Origin: Holothuria leucospilota
Taxonomy: Eukaryota
Length of the DNA: 64,000 nt
Assembly (NCBI GenBank): GCA_029531755.1
Contig: CM055964.1
Span: 36,098,802 to 36,162,801, forward strand
Reading direction: 5' to 3'
Shown: positions 1 through 14,131 of the stretch, piece after piece
Layout of the letters: each line of letters begins with the position of its first letter
Position numbering within the stretch: the stretch's first letter is position 1
The notes under the pieces: model-generated
What the model saw: the letters and a program-made list of their open reading frames with translations, nothing else
Told to the model about the DNA's origin: nothing
Databases searched by the model: none
Program-made: the position numbers and the translations under genes

Positions 1-834
1 TGATGTTGCAAAAAGGGGGGCTGAGGCCAGGAAAGCCCCCTTGGATCCGCACTTGAGTATTATTAAATTTGCTGGAACCTCTCCAAATCTTAGTTCCTTT
101 GGGGAGAGGAACCCCTTTGGAGGTAATGTTTAGATTTTTGCCCTTGTACATACAGCCGAAGGGACTTTCAAAAAGTATCTTTTCTCATTCATGACTTCAA
201 AACCAGTGCTTTGTCTAAGTGGATAAATGGCAATACAAGCAAAAGACTTAGTAATTGTAGATTTCCCCCAACCAGTTCTCAGAAAAAGAGGGCTTTTTCT
301 TTTTTTAAATTCAAGAGTACCGTGTGGTGTGCCCACTTGAAATGAGATTCTAACTTGATACAAAATGTGACTGAGAACCACACCACATGAACCTGCAAGC
401 TGTTACTGTTCTCCCACATTCACAGGCATAACATGGTGTAAAGTAACTCTGATGCACTTGAACTTTACATGCCCTCTACGCTGGAGCAGACATAAGCCTC
501 AGAAGGGAAAGATGAGGAGGACATTTCCCCAAAGTAAAGCATATAAGATTATATAGCTTTTTTGATGGCTGATTCAATGGAAACGGAAAAAACTGGTGCA
601 AAAATGCCGGAGATTACACTACAAAGCATCTAGATTCTAAAATTTTCATGAGCCCAAGTGGCCCAACACCCCGCACCACTGGGTTTTGCAATCACGTTCA
701 CATTAGCTGGGGTCAATGTCATCTCCCAGCTACCCTTTTAGATGTTGACATCTGTGATGGGTGGGGATGAAAGGATTATATTCAAGGCATTTGAAATAAA
801 AGTCTATCATGCACAGGGTTGCCAACTCTGACTC

Positions 835-950
835 ACATATTACTGTCAAATTCTTGCCAAAAATGCCAAATCACCAACTTCACTGCTAAATTCTTGCCAA
901 AAAATGTCAAATCACCCACTTAACTGTCAATTTGTAAGAAAGGTCATAGA
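835..950. repeat. Short tandem duplication with a unit of about 45 bp (ctgtcaaattcttgccaaaaatgccaaatcaccaacttca), roughly 2.5 copies
   Basis: Direct reading: the unit recurs at about 843, 888 and partially at 933. Confidence 0.5.
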
Positions 951-3900
951 AACACTTCTAAATCTTAAGAAAAGGTCACAACAAACTGATATGTGTTTAA
1001 ATATCATTGCATTTATCTCCTTTTGGGTTCTGCATGTTCACTTCAACTGACTTTACAGAGATGCCACCAGCATTTACCCCAAAAATGTGAAAATTTTGTA
1101 AAGGTGTCAAACTGCCGGATAAACATCACAGTAAACTAGTATACAAAGTCTGTCCAGTACTTAACGATTCTCCATGCAGTGCCATCTGCATAAGGTACTT
1201 GGTACAACAAATACATTTGCTACTATCAGTGGTTTATGTTGGACTAACTCTCGGATCATGCAACAGAGCAGACTTTTTTCGTAAATTTGACCAAAAATTT
1301 GGGAATCAAAAAAGTGTTTTCTGACGTCAAAAAAATCTGAATTTTTGATGGGCATTCCAAAAAATCTGATTTCAGAATAAAATCTGAAAAGTGGCATCTC
1401 TGAATTTACTGAACAGCCAAAGAAGTCATACTGCCAAATTTGGGAGAATTTGGTATTGAAAATACCAGCTGGCTTTGATAAAGTGGCTGTCCTGGGATTA
1501 GAACATTGCCACCATTAGAATTCACAAAAAGAATACTTCTAGAAGCTGTTAAAGGTTTTTCAATTGCTGAACAAAAGTTTTATGAAACCAAATGTAAGGT
1601 AAATTGCTGAATCTTGGTCTGCCAACCTGTATGCAACTACTTTTCAAGAAACTACCCATTTCCCTACATTTTGTGGTCTCTTTAAAGAAAGTAAAATAAT
1701 TGTTATTCAAGGCTGTAATTGTATCATAATGAAAACATATTTGCAAACAAATTTTGGCATCATTATGATTCATTAGTAAAAATTCCAATAAACAAAAAGA
1801 AAAATCATAATTGCTTACATTTTGGGAAAAATATCGATCTTGTAAAGACCAATTCTCCAAATTAAAATGAATTTTTGAGGTAACCATACAATACATTCTA
1901 TATTGCACACTGAACACATCTGCCTCATGATTATTAAAATTCTAAGAGATATTGCAAGGACGCCTAGCTTTTACCTAATAGAAGTATGGGGCAAAGCACA
2001 ACTCTTTTGATGGTATATCCTTCACAGAACTTTTGGTAAGGTCTGAAAAATCTCACAATTTTTCTTTCCTGTCACAAAAAATGAAAAGCTGCAATCAAAT
2101 TGGTTAGCTGGATGGACACTTATGCCTAGAACATGCATGCATGTATACTTGAAATATTCCAACAGGGATGTTCCACAACCTACCCTGCAGTAAAGCCAGA
2201 AAATTTATTATGGAGACGGGGGAAGGGGGGGGCTTCAAGGAGGGGTCCACCATTTCATTTGGAGGGTTCAATTACTGAAGTGACATACATATATATGTAT
2301 ATATATATATTAGTCTGGAATTTTCCAGTGGGGGGTCTAAGGGAGTCACTTATTGGAGGTGAGGGGGGCTTGTACTCCTCAAGCTCATCCTCAGCCATGC
2401 CACTGAACCAACCCCTAAAACCTATATCCCTGGTCTTCTACTGTCTGTTATCTTTATCCTTCATCGGGGATTCGTCTTTCTTTTTTAGGCTGAAAAGTGT
2501 TTTCACTTAAGTTTATACCTCAAAACAGTAGTAGCCAGAAGTGGTACCTGTGCATTAATAGCTGAACAAAAATTTATGATCCTAAAAATATTCCAAGGGC
2601 CATTTCAATGTGTCCCCTGGCTGTAAATGGCCTCCATGATGATGCATAGGGACCTAGGTCCTATGTGCTCTCAAAATTGCACTTGAAACTAATCTCATCA
2701 GGCTTTAATAAAGTGACATAAATACTTCCGCTACAGTCAAGGCAACTGCTTGCAAGGACCAGACTAACCATTTCACTTTGTGTTGTAGTGCTAGGGTGAT
2801 ACAAACCCATACAACAGACTTCACAAGACACATTCTTCAACAGCTAGCACTTTAAAAATCATTTTGGGGGAAACACAGTACATATTTGCATGGAATCACT
2901 GGGAAATTGGTGGGTATCATTTAAAGTTTGCCTCCAATTGGCCTCAACAAGGTCTTGTCTGAATTTCAGCTGGAGAGTTTGGCTGAGGCACTACCTCTGA
3001 GGCACAGAATACCAACCTCATTCAGACTAAGCCTCAAGCAGGCACAGAATATAATGAAAAACTTATTTTGGTACCACAAAAATTCAAAGTTACCAGTCAC
3101 AGTTTAATAATACAACCATCTTTATATCCCATGATACTATGATGTACAGTGAAACCAAACGGTTGTATTTTTCTCTGAACACTCCAAACACTGTAATATT
3201 GTAAATATTCAATTCTCAGCATTACTTGGAATTATTTTCCAACAGACTTTGCAAAGCAAAAATAAAAGTCTTGCCCAACTTTCAAGAACAAGTACATTTG
3301 AAAAATTTCTGTAGCTCAAAAGAGGGACCACTCCTCCATCCCTTCTTTCCCCTTCTTGTCCTAACCTGAGTAGGACTTTGTTGTGAGAAACAATTTGTCT
3401 GCTTCCACAAGTAATTTCTTAATACTTAACAATTTCCCTTAACAAAATAAAGTACAACCCATATGCAAGTTTCCAAATATACTACCGGTATGTTATATAT
3501 GGTGTCATGTCCATGTGGATAATGGTGGTAGCATTTGAAATTACCAAGCTTTAATAGACATCAGGTGTTTACAAGTCCAATGTCTGGCAGAGTCAAAGCA
3601 AGCTGGGTTTTTTATTCTAGAGTGGTACAAATAACTTCCACACCTGAACTTTCTTACTTAAAAGATTCCACATTTGAGCTCAAATGCTCACTTGGAAGCC
3701 ACCTGATGTAAAGTAATACATCACAAAACCTTGTGGGGTTTTATAATCATTGTCACTTAGCATCCCAAAATACTGTATATGACCTCCAGGGCAGCCTAAA
3801 TTATTTGAATGTCAAGTGGTGATCTGCAGATGGAACAAAATTAAAACATAATTCTGGGAGGTTGACTGCATACTATTAAGTTGCAGGGAAGGAACAGTGC

Positions 3901-5086
3901 CACCACTATTGATCCAATAAACTGCCAGAAGCTAATTCTGCTGTAGATAGGGCTACCAATTTATTGTAACAGATGGGGTATTTTGAAGCTAAACAGACTG
4001 TACTATTCAACAATGAAGGTGTCACAAAGTTGCTAACTCCTGCTAATAAAATTTCTTACATACCTCCAAACAGCCAGGGCAAACGGAAAAACAAACTTGG
4101 ACATGAATGCCTTTCAGAGAGTACTAGAATACGAGATACACTTATAGACATGTTACAAGTAACTAAAGCATATACATTATATTTTTAATAAGTTTTGCAA
4201 GTATGGTTACAACTCAACTCAATTCTACAAAAGCTTCCACCTCACTTTTCTTATCAATGATGCTGAAATTTTTTACCTATTTTTCTTTTTTTCAATAGTC
4301 AAGTGTCTTGAACATGTACTTTATGTCCATACCTATTGCATTGGATGTGCTGTTATAAGGTTTTTCAATGTAGTCATTAGACTGATGTGAAAGACAATAC
4401 TTCATTGCTGATGCAGTTATTTGCAACTTCTCCCACCTTTAGTGCCAAGCAGGCATATAGAGAGCATGCTCAACTGTAAACTGCCAAACAGGTTTGTAGG
4501 GAGCATGTTTGGCTGTACTCAGTAGGGTAGCTTGGGGGAAGAAGATGGGGGAAGCTACCTGCTCAGGAGGGGAGGGGTTTTTGGTTTACTAAAATGAATA
4601 AAGGCTTTTCTTTTCTGTTGAACATCTTCAAGAAGTAGAGGGATGCAAAATGTTAGGACCTACTTCATTTTTTCCAGGAAAACGACTGTAAAATGACTCT
4701 TCCCCGATGCCTTATTTACACTTTTTGTTCGAGAATGAACCTTTCAGTTTTGTTTCCCTTGGAAGCAGCAACTCAAGAACCACCCACTGTGGCACAATGG
4801 TAGCTATGCCACTCTCTGCTCTCATACAGTGCTTTGTGTGATTCTGATCTAGTACCTTCTCACAAATTTTCCAAGGTTAACATTGTTGCTGATGAATCAT
4901 TTTGTACTTGTTTCAAACAACTGGTCTTGTACTCTCACTGGGAGGTAACACACCTGCAGTTGTTCTCATGACAATGTAGTCACATGACAATACTGCTGCT
5001 AAAGATGCAAGTAACTGCAATCAAGTCCAATGGAAATTATGAAAAGGAAGTAACAATATCAACGGCAGAGATTTCTTCTCAACCGT

Positions 5087-5103
5087 GGGGGGGGGGGGGG
5101 GGG
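5087..5103. repeat. G17 homopolymer tract
   Basis: Direct reading. Similar G/C runs of 10 or more recur through the window (18049-18060, 40080-40092, 47321-47332, 55196-55207, 56746-56758). Confidence 0.8.
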
Positions 5104-5849
5104 TGACGATCTTTCAAAAATTTACTGTGTGAAAAACACAAAGTCAATAGGGGAGTTCTTTGAAAGTGGGGGGTTGTAACCCCTCAACCCCCGTTTCTCC
5201 ACTCCTGATCATTATCACCTAATACAAAAAATTGATAAAGGTAAAATGTTGCAACTTTGGTTAATTGCAGGTATGAAGGAATATTGGCACGAGATATATG
5301 TACTATATGGGGAGCAGTTTACTTCAAATGGAAAGTCACCTTATACCTTAAAGTGCTTTGAACTGTACTTTCAAGCAATTGGATTTTAGCACTTTTTAAA
5401 AGTATTATTAATTATTATTATTATTAATTATTTGAACAAAGACACAAAAGTGTTTTACAATGTAGACTTGAAGTAAGTCTGAAGACTGAATGGCTTTTAA
5501 AAAGTTTTGTACTACCACAAAAGTAGAACCCAAACAAAATTCATGTGAAGTCTCACAGCCAGTGGTACAATTGCAAAGGGAGTCCTCACTCAAATATTGA
5601 CACAGAATTGTGCATGATTCCAGACTCAAATCTACTAACTCCCAAAGTATCACCAGTTTAATCACTGATTCTGGGAACACTTCAAGGTCAAATCTTCAAA
5701 TCTCTGGGTTCATAATTATACCTTTGGCATCTACATTTTAGTACATCTCTGGGTCCAGCTTTGTCCACTGCCAGGCCACAAGTCCATACAATATGAAAAA
5801 AGTTTTCCCACCTTTTAGCTTGAAGCACAGTATCAAGCACTGCTGCATC

Positions 5850-6240
5850 TTAAGCTAGCCACACACTTAATGACTTTGTGCCACATGACTCAACTCGACC
5901 GTCCCATCGTCATTATTAGTGTAGTGTGCATGGGTCTATGACTGCAACTGACAGTGTTTAGACCAGTTCTAGAAAGTTATGTCTCGTCGCTTTCAGTGGG
6001 GAAACATAAACATGTTCGTTTTTCCCTGACTGGAGTCTGCCACAGTGTTAACGTTGAAAAAATTTCACCAATCAGGTACCAGCCACTGCGCACGAAGCCA
6101 AAAGAGGGTTGTCAAATACCATGATGCCACCTCGTAATTTAAACGGGCTAAATGAAAGTTGCGCAAACTTAAGGTGACTAGATCATGACAGTCAAGTTGA
6201 GTTGGGTCACACAAAAATGTGTTGTGTGCTGCTAGCTTAA
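5850..6240. mobile_element. MITE-like element of about 390 bp with roughly 50-bp imperfect terminal inverted repeats and TTAA at both extremities
   Basis: The left end is TTAAGCTAGCCACACAC...TGACTCAACTCGAC. The right end, reverse-complemented, is TTAAGCTAGCAGCACACAAC...TGACCCAACTCAACTTGAC. Confidence 0.45.
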
Positions 6241-9200
6241 ATTATCTGTTCTCATTGAAAATTCCTCTCAACATATAAATCTTTATAAGAAAATATTTAT
6301 GAGCTTTCCTTGAATGAACCTTTAAACTGCTAGTCTTAACTGAAACACAAGCATAACTTGCAGCAAATAGTTCCAAGCACCACATGCACACTCCACTTTG
6401 ATAAAATAATTTTCAATTAGAAACTATCTAAAGACCCTGAATTAGCTTTGGGTTATATCTAAATGGGCCACAACCAAAGGCTGGAACATGTTCCCTATAT
6501 AATTTGTTAAGAGGGACAGAATACCATTCTTGGCCATAATATATTGCCAAAGGAATAACATTTTGCTGATATCTGTAATTTTATGACACTTTCCCTTCAC
6601 TACTTGGTGGTCAAAGAAAGGCTTGTCTTGAACTATGCTTCAGGTCCACTGTTAACCATGTGCACAGCAAGAGATAACCTTACCTACATATGCATACAGA
6701 GGTCACACATTGATGTAGGTCTGTGTATGTCATCATACAGTATGTATATATACATATGTACGCCAATTTGTACGTGCATATATGTAAGACTACAACCATG
6801 TAGCTATTAATCATAAAACTATTTCATGTGGAATAAACATGTAGTAAAAAGCTACAAGTCTGCGATTCATCACAAACCGTCTTTTGTTTTGTTTTATACC
6901 TACATACCTATGTTTAACTGCATATACTCAAGCACATGTACATAGTCTGCCATCCTGCCAGCATTCACAACAATATATGAAAGACCTCTGTAATGAACAA
7001 CCATGCATGCAGGTACATACAAACATGTACAAACAGATAACTGTGAATGGTCCCCCCTCCTCATCCCTACAATAACCTCCTCCCTTGTACTTATAGGTAA
7101 AATTTTTTAATATATTTTTCATAGTAGGCCAGTTTTGGTGTTAGGCAATGGGCAGACAAGCTTCCTATCTGCCAGATGTTGACCGTAACAGTTACTTACT
7201 GTACGCTGAATTTATAAAACACTACCACTAGAAAATCTAATTTGAGGTGCTTACATACATCTCCCATAATTTTCCATTTTTAAAACTTACCAAGGGTCTC
7301 CTATAAGTGTCTCTGCCAAGCATTCCCTTAAATATGCTGAGCACCATCTGAGATGGCAACAGTTTCCATCTTCAACATCCTTTGGTATGGCCTGAAACTG
7401 AACCCACGCCTGAAAGGCAGGCATTCTGCCACAAGGCCATCGCATCATTACTACATGTACAAGTAAAACTAACCTGAACCAGATGGTCAAATGTTCGTCC
7501 CCACTGACTGCAAAGACCTCACCCTGAACTGGTCCGTCCGGCATGGAGTGATGTCAAAACTCTTTTCAACAAAGGTTATGTTTTATGAGTGAAATCTTTG
7601 TTGTTACTCTTCAAATTAGATGATAATGAAAGATTCCATTAACCAACAACGAAATGAATCATATTAAAAGCTTCTTTTATCTGATATTCAAGCAATAGTG
7701 GGAGAAACAGGTTCCACACAGAAACCGGTAATAGTAACCACTGTATTTATCTGATTACCTCCGTCTACATGGAGAAACCACTTTAGAAAAATTACCTACT
7801 TCTAATTGCATAATGCTCACCAAATGCCGTTTAACAAGGTCGGCCAGATTCTCCAGATTTTGCAAGGCAGTCTCCAGATTGCTTTGTTTACACATACCAC
7901 ACTACAATAGCTACTATGATGACATCTGAAGCTGGATGAAAGACAGGTTTAAGGTGACCACTTGAGACTGGGCTGGGTCCTTTAATGTTTTGCGCTCATG
8001 AGCAAAAAGAGAAAGAAAAATAAAAGAAAACACTGCAGGTCAAGTAGAAAGCAGACTCGGCGTGTTAAGCTTTGAATACGGCCTCTGACTTACAGGACAG
8101 AGGCAAACCATTATTTTCAATCTCAATCCAAGATGTGCTTCACTGTCTCTGGAAATTCTTGACCCTGTTGAACCGTTTTCTCCCAGTCTGTGATGAAGAA
8201 ACAGAAATGGATATCGTAAAAGAAAATGGGTTGATACGAAATGCCAATAGTTGCTATAGAAACTGTTGTGAGATTCTCTGACATGCATAAAATCTTATAA
8301 ATATGTTAAACTTAATAATCTGACTGTCTGACCTAGAACGAACTCTAATGACATCTGACCCTGTACTATTATACATTCCTTGAACTAATTTCCTAATACA
8401 ATCAACTTTCACTGGCTCTGGCCTACAGCCTAAAACCTTTAGGACGTGGAGCACTTTCCCCTTATGCAACACATTTTTGAAGGGTTAATGCCAACACAAA
8501 AATTTGAAGAACACATTTTAAAAGCAACGTATAACAACTTACGGGAATTTCGATTTTTGGCAAAAGATGATGCCAAGCCTTATACTTTTTAGAGAAACAA
8601 ACATGGTTTGACTACTAACTGGCTAATGTGAACACTGCTGCCTGGAGGAGAAACAGTTACAAATATTTGACCAATGGTGACTACAGATGACAATGACAAT
8701 AGGCTGGTATCCTCCAGAGATGTATTCAAGTCACTCTTTTCTCACCAAGTCAAGTCAACTGGAGCTATTTTAGGGACTTGAGTCAAGTCACTGAGTGGAG
8801 TCTCTGTGTTATTTCAATAAGGGAAAATTACCCAGAATTTTTCAAGTCAGGTAGTGTTGGCAGGATGTGACTCAAGTCGCGACTTGAATAAAAGATGGGA
8901 ATCCTTCTTAGAGCTAAGGTTCTTCAAATGTAGTTTAAAAACAGTTTCTGCATTTTTGAAATTTATTATCGCCTACCAGATGCCAACTTAATTAACGTTG
9001 TAAGGTTTGGGTAACACTGCTTAAAACCCCTTTACAAAAACCAGAAAGCCAAAGGGCTTAGTGATTCCTTGCCGAAAGGAGGGTGCTTTGCTACACTGAG
9101 GTTCATCCATCAAATTTATACTTCTCTACTACATCATTCTTTATGAAGTGGTCACAATTTGACCTCTTCTCATGTCAGCTCATGTAACATGACCTTTGAA

Positions 9201-9284
9201 CTAAAGCTTGAATAACCAAAAAAATGAAAAAAAAAAGAAGGGATTTGTCTGTGCTTCCTCCCTTGTAATGACATGTTTGCAAAG

Positions 9285-11455
9285 TTTCAGTTTTGACCTC
9301 TGATGACCTCAAATGGCTTGTGACCTCCATGAAAAACAATAGGGTTTTTCCTCGCACCATAACACATGAACATACTTAGTATGAAATCTATCCAAGATTC
9401 CTACCTTGAGATATCGTATAAGGTTTTCATGGTTTGACCCCTGGTGACCCCAGATAACCTTTGACCTCCAACAAAAACAATAGGTATCTTTCTCTAACCA
9501 TAACACATCCACATAATAAGCATGAGATCTACCAAAGCTTCCTACCTTGAGATATCATGCACACAAGGTTCTCAGACTTTGACCCCTGGTGACCCCAGAT
9601 GACCTTTGACCTCTACCAAAAATGATAGGATTCTTCCTCTTACCACAACACATCCATATACTAAGTATGAAATGTATCCAAGGTTCCTGCCTTGAAATAT
9701 CATGTAAACAAGGTTTTCAAACTTTGACCCCCGGTGACCCCAGATGACCTTTGACCTCCACCCAAAACAATAGGCTTCTTTCTCTTACTATAACACATCC
9801 ACAAACTTAGTATGAAATCTATCCAAGATTCCTACCTTGAGATACCGTGTAAACAAGGTTTTCAGAGTTTGACCCCTGGTGACCCCAGATGACCATTGAC
9901 CTCCACCAAAAACAATACGGTTCTTCCTCTCACCAAAACGCATCCACATACTAAGTATGAAATCTATCCAAGCTTCCTACCTTGGGATATCAAGTAAACA
10001 AGGTTTTCAGATGTTGACCCCCGGTGACCCCAGATGACCTTTGACCTCCACCAAAAACAATAGGGTTCTTCCTCTCACCACAACGCATCTACATATTAAG
10101 CATGAAATGTATCCAAGCTTTCTAAGTTGACATATCGTGTAAACAAGGTTTTCAGATTTTGACCCCCAGTGAACCCAGATGACCTCTGACCTCCACCAAA
10201 AACAATAGGGTTCTTCCTCTCACCACAACGCATCTACATACCAAGCATGAAATCTATCCAAGCTTTCTAACTTGAGATATCGTGTAAACAAGGTTTTCAG
10301 ATTTTGACCCCCGTGACCCCAGATGACCTTTGACCTCCACCAAAAACAATAGGGTTCTTCCTCTCACCACAACGCATCTACATACCAAGCATGAAATCTA
10401 CCAAAGCTTTCTACCTTGAGATATCGTGTAAACAAGGTTTTCAGATTTTGACCCCTGGTGACCCCAGATGACCTTTGACCTCCACCAAAAATAATAGGGT
10501 TCTTCCTCCCACCACAACACATCTACATACCAAGCATGAAATGTATCCAAGCTTTCTAACTTGAGATATCGTGTAAACAAGGTTTTCAGATTTTGACCCC
10601 CGGTGACCCGACATGACCTTTGACCTCCACTAAAAACAATACGGTTCTTCCTCTCACCAAAACGCATCCACATACCAAGCAAGAAATCTATCCAAGCTTT
10701 CTAACTTGAGATATCGTGTAAACAAGGTTTTCAGATTTTGACCCCCGGTGACCCCAGATGACCTTTGACCTCCACCAAAAACAATAGGGTTCTTCCTCTC
10801 ACCACAACACATCTACATACCACGCATGAAATGTATCCAAGCTTTCTAACTTGAGATATCGTGTAAACAAGGTTTTCAGAGTTTGACCCCTGGTGACCCC
10901 AGATGACTTTTGACCTCCACCAAAAACAATAGGGTTCTTCCTCTCACCACAATGCATCTACATACCAAGCATGAAATCTATCCAAGCTTTCTAACTTGAG
11001 ATATCGTGTAAACAAGGTTTTCAGGTTTTGACCCCTGGTGACCCCAGATGACCTTTGACCTCCACCAAAAACAATAGGGTTCTTCCTCTCACCAAAACGC
11101 ATCTACATACCAAGTATGAAATCTATCCAAGCTTTCTTACTTGAGATATCGTGTAAACAAGGTTTTCAGGTTTTGACCCCCGGTGACCCCAGATGACCTT
11201 TGACCTCCACCAAAAACAATAGGGCTCTTCCTCTTACCACAATGCATCTACATACCAAGCATGAAATCTATCCAAGCTTTCTCACTTGAGATATCGTGTA
11301 AACAAGGTTTTCAGATTTTGACCCCCAGTGACCCCAGATGACCTTTGACCTCCACCAAAAACAATAGGGTTTTTCCTCTCAATATGGGCCATCTATGTAC
11401 CAAGTTTCAAAACTGTCCAACTTTCCCTTCTTGAGATATCGTGTAAACAATCAAA
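9285..11455. repeat. Satellite array of about 15 monomers of 145 bp in head-to-tail arrangement
   Basis: The motif tgacccc(c/t)ggtgaccccagatgacctttgacctccaccaaaaacaatagggttcttcctctcacc recurs at about 9436, 9581, 9724, 9870, 10015, 10160, 10306, 10450, 10595, 10740, 10885, 11030, 11175 and 11320. Terminal copies are diverged. Confidence 0.9.
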
Positions 11456-11468
11456 GCCGTCACATAGG

Positions 11469-11486
11469 CACACACACACACACACG
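11469..11486. repeat. (CA)n microsatellite abutting the satellite
   Basis: Direct reading: cacacacacacacacacg. Confidence 0.8.
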
Positions 11487-12155
11487 ACATCACCATCGCA
11501 TAGATTCCTTGCCTGCCTTCGGCAAGGAATCAAAAAACTGTAAAAAAGCAAGAACCTGACACATGCTTTCAAGTGAGGCACTGAGTCCCACACAAAGGCA
11601 GAAATGTTAGACATTTGTTGCAATGGCATATGATTAATACTCCTGTGGTAGCTACAGTATAGCAGTGAAACACCAGCTGGACAAATACGTAAGGCACACC
11701 CTACTGTACTGTATATTTAGCAACTTAGTTAAAACATCTTGACTTTGAAAGACAAAAAATATGTCATGTGTGAAATGAAAACACCTACTTCAGAAACAAC
11801 TCAGGGGCTGATTTCACCACCATCAACTTTACCGATGATCTCTCAATCACACCCAAACATGAAACAAAGCTTATAGTGCTAGCAATGATTTATTGCTAAA
11901 AGCTATACCTATCAGTTTAGTTCTTTGCATATACTATAACAGTCATTGTTAAAATTGATCCTAAGAGACCTAACTATGATAAAGTTTACGTGAAGTCTAT
12001 TGCAAATATTGACTGCCTAATTGCAATGGATTCCTGGTTTAGCAACAGATATCAGCAATAGCAATCATCACTAAACATTAGCAAAATGGGTGCCAGGTCT
12101 CACCTTTTAACAGCATTTCTCTGACCCTAGCAAGGTTGAATTTTCCAGTACTCAC

Positions 12156-14131
12156 ACCATGGTCACCAGTCACAATTTTGACAACAAGACCCGACATCAA
12201 TTCAACGGAGACACTATCCTCAACTTTTTCTATCTCTCCTTTATTACCAGAGACCTGGGGGCTCAAAGTTTTTCTATCCTCTACAACAAAATCTTTATCT
12301 TTCACCTGAGCCACATGAGATGAGTTTTCAGGAATCCACCCTCTCTCTGGTGGAAGGTTATCTTGCAGATGATCACTGTCATTTAAGATCACAATTTGAT
12401 TTTCACTGACCAGTAAACTTCCGAACCAAATGGGATTGCTCACACTAGTGCTCTCAGAGGACGGCAACTGATGACTTGGCTGAAAGTCTCCTCCAACTTG
12501 GGAACCTTGAAGGTCTGTTCCCATGAACCTGGCACAAGATTCAGTTTCGATATTTGATTTATAGGCAGTGTATCCCATATTGCTTCCATGTTCCATATTT
12601 CCCTCAAATACAGTATCGTTGGCACTACCACTTTCTGAATCACCTATTTTGGGTTTGACATGGTTCAAACATGAAAGTTCTTTCTCCTGATTTGCTAACA
12701 GAGGAATCAGTGTTTCCTCTAATGTATACTCTTGTCCTGTTTGACTTTTGGCCATCTCTGGGCTACTTCCTGTAGTCCTCAAATTGTCATCACTTTTCTC
12801 AGCTTCACTTGCAGGGTGCAAGGCCATTTTATTGCTTTTGCCTAAACTTTGCTTGACTCTGCCAGCATATGTATTATTAGTGCACTCCAGGTCTAAATAT
12901 TGCACACATCTGGTCTCCCCTTTCTCACCACCAGTGTTGGCATTGTCTTTTGACTTGTTTCCTGTGAGATTTGGGAAATTAAGATCAAACTTGTGGGAAG
13001 AGTTTCCAAGTCCGACTTCTAAGTTCATTGCTGAGGTAATGGAACTGGAAGGTGGGCTTTCATTGACTTGGGTTGATCCAGTCGGAGGGTGAACCAACAG
13101 GTCGAAACTAGTGTCTTTTTTATCGTTACTTATGGAATATATTTTTGGTTTGCTATTGCTTTGCGAGGAAGCTGTATCCAGTACCTCTTTGTTGCCTGCT
13201 ATATCCCTGTTTGCATCAGGGCCTGATTGCACACTTGCTTGTATGTTAACTTTCAATTTACTAGCATAAGAGAATCTTTTCTGATCAATGTTTTCATCAC
13301 TCTCTAATGAGTCTCTCCTGGAAGAGGCTGTCGTAGTTGTTGTTGTCGTGCTGATCGGTTCTTCTGCTTCATTCGTACCCAATCTCTTTCTTGCACTACT
13401 ATAGTTGCACATTTCCTTTGGAAGGCTGCTGGATTTCCGTATGTACCATGGGGCATCCTGACTCCGATCATAACGTGGACCCCCAGGATCATAAAACAAA
13501 AAGTTTCTGGAGGCATAACCCTGATGGCCAAAATGGCCAGCCTCCTTAGGCCTCCGCCTCGACCTGCGATTTGTAACAACATTGAATTCACCATCCCCAT
13601 CGTCATTTTCACCAGGATCAGACATGGCTGCTCTGCAGTCATTTTCCTTTACATGTTCACTGTTGCTATGGAAACTACTTGCATCATCAGCTGCTCTTCT
13701 TCTCAAAGCAAACACAGAGGATTCTTTCTTGGAACCAAAATTATTTTGTTCATCTTCTTTTTGTACTTCACATTCTTCTTTTTTATCCTCTGCATCATCC
13801 TCTTTCGAATTAATTGCCTTATTCACTGATTCTAAACTTTCCTCATTCCCTTTCTTCCTCCTCTGCTCTCCTTTCTTCTTTTTACTTACACCACTATCTT
13901 TTGTCCTGGTATTCTTGTCACTCAGTTTTTCCTTCAAATCTATTCTCTTATCTGGGGTTTGATGAACTTTGCTGTCACTTTCTCCAGATAAATTCTCCCT
14001 CTCAGAGCTAGATTCTGCTGAGATCTTCCTGGTGCTGCTTCTATCAGAAGACAAAGATGGAGGCTTGATGACTTCTGTGGAAGATGATTTCACTTCTTCT
14101 CCCTCAGTTGTACTCTCAGCACCATTATCAC
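12156..14131 (-). CDS. Large internal coding exon (658 codons) of an unidentified low-complexity protein rich in Ser/Thr/Lys/Glu
   Basis: Uninterrupted 671-aa minus-strand ORF. On the minus strand the acceptor is tgtttttctag|GTGATAATGG, ending at plus 14131 in phase 1. The donor is CATG|GTGAGTACTG at plus 12155-12150, after codon GGT at 12158-12156, in phase 0. The overlapping short ORFs on both strands are alternative frames. Confidence 0.5.

Noticed and set aside
9175-10682. ORFs of 61-94 aa inside 9175-10682
   Set aside because: They lie entirely within the 145-bp satellite. The same peptide repeats are periodic, and there is no coding signal
11495-11527. Perfect hairpin followed by an A-run, resembling a bacterial rho-independent terminator
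   Set aside because: The context is eukaryotic, so a terminator interpretation is not meaningful. It is noted only as secondary structure next to the satellite and (CA)n tract
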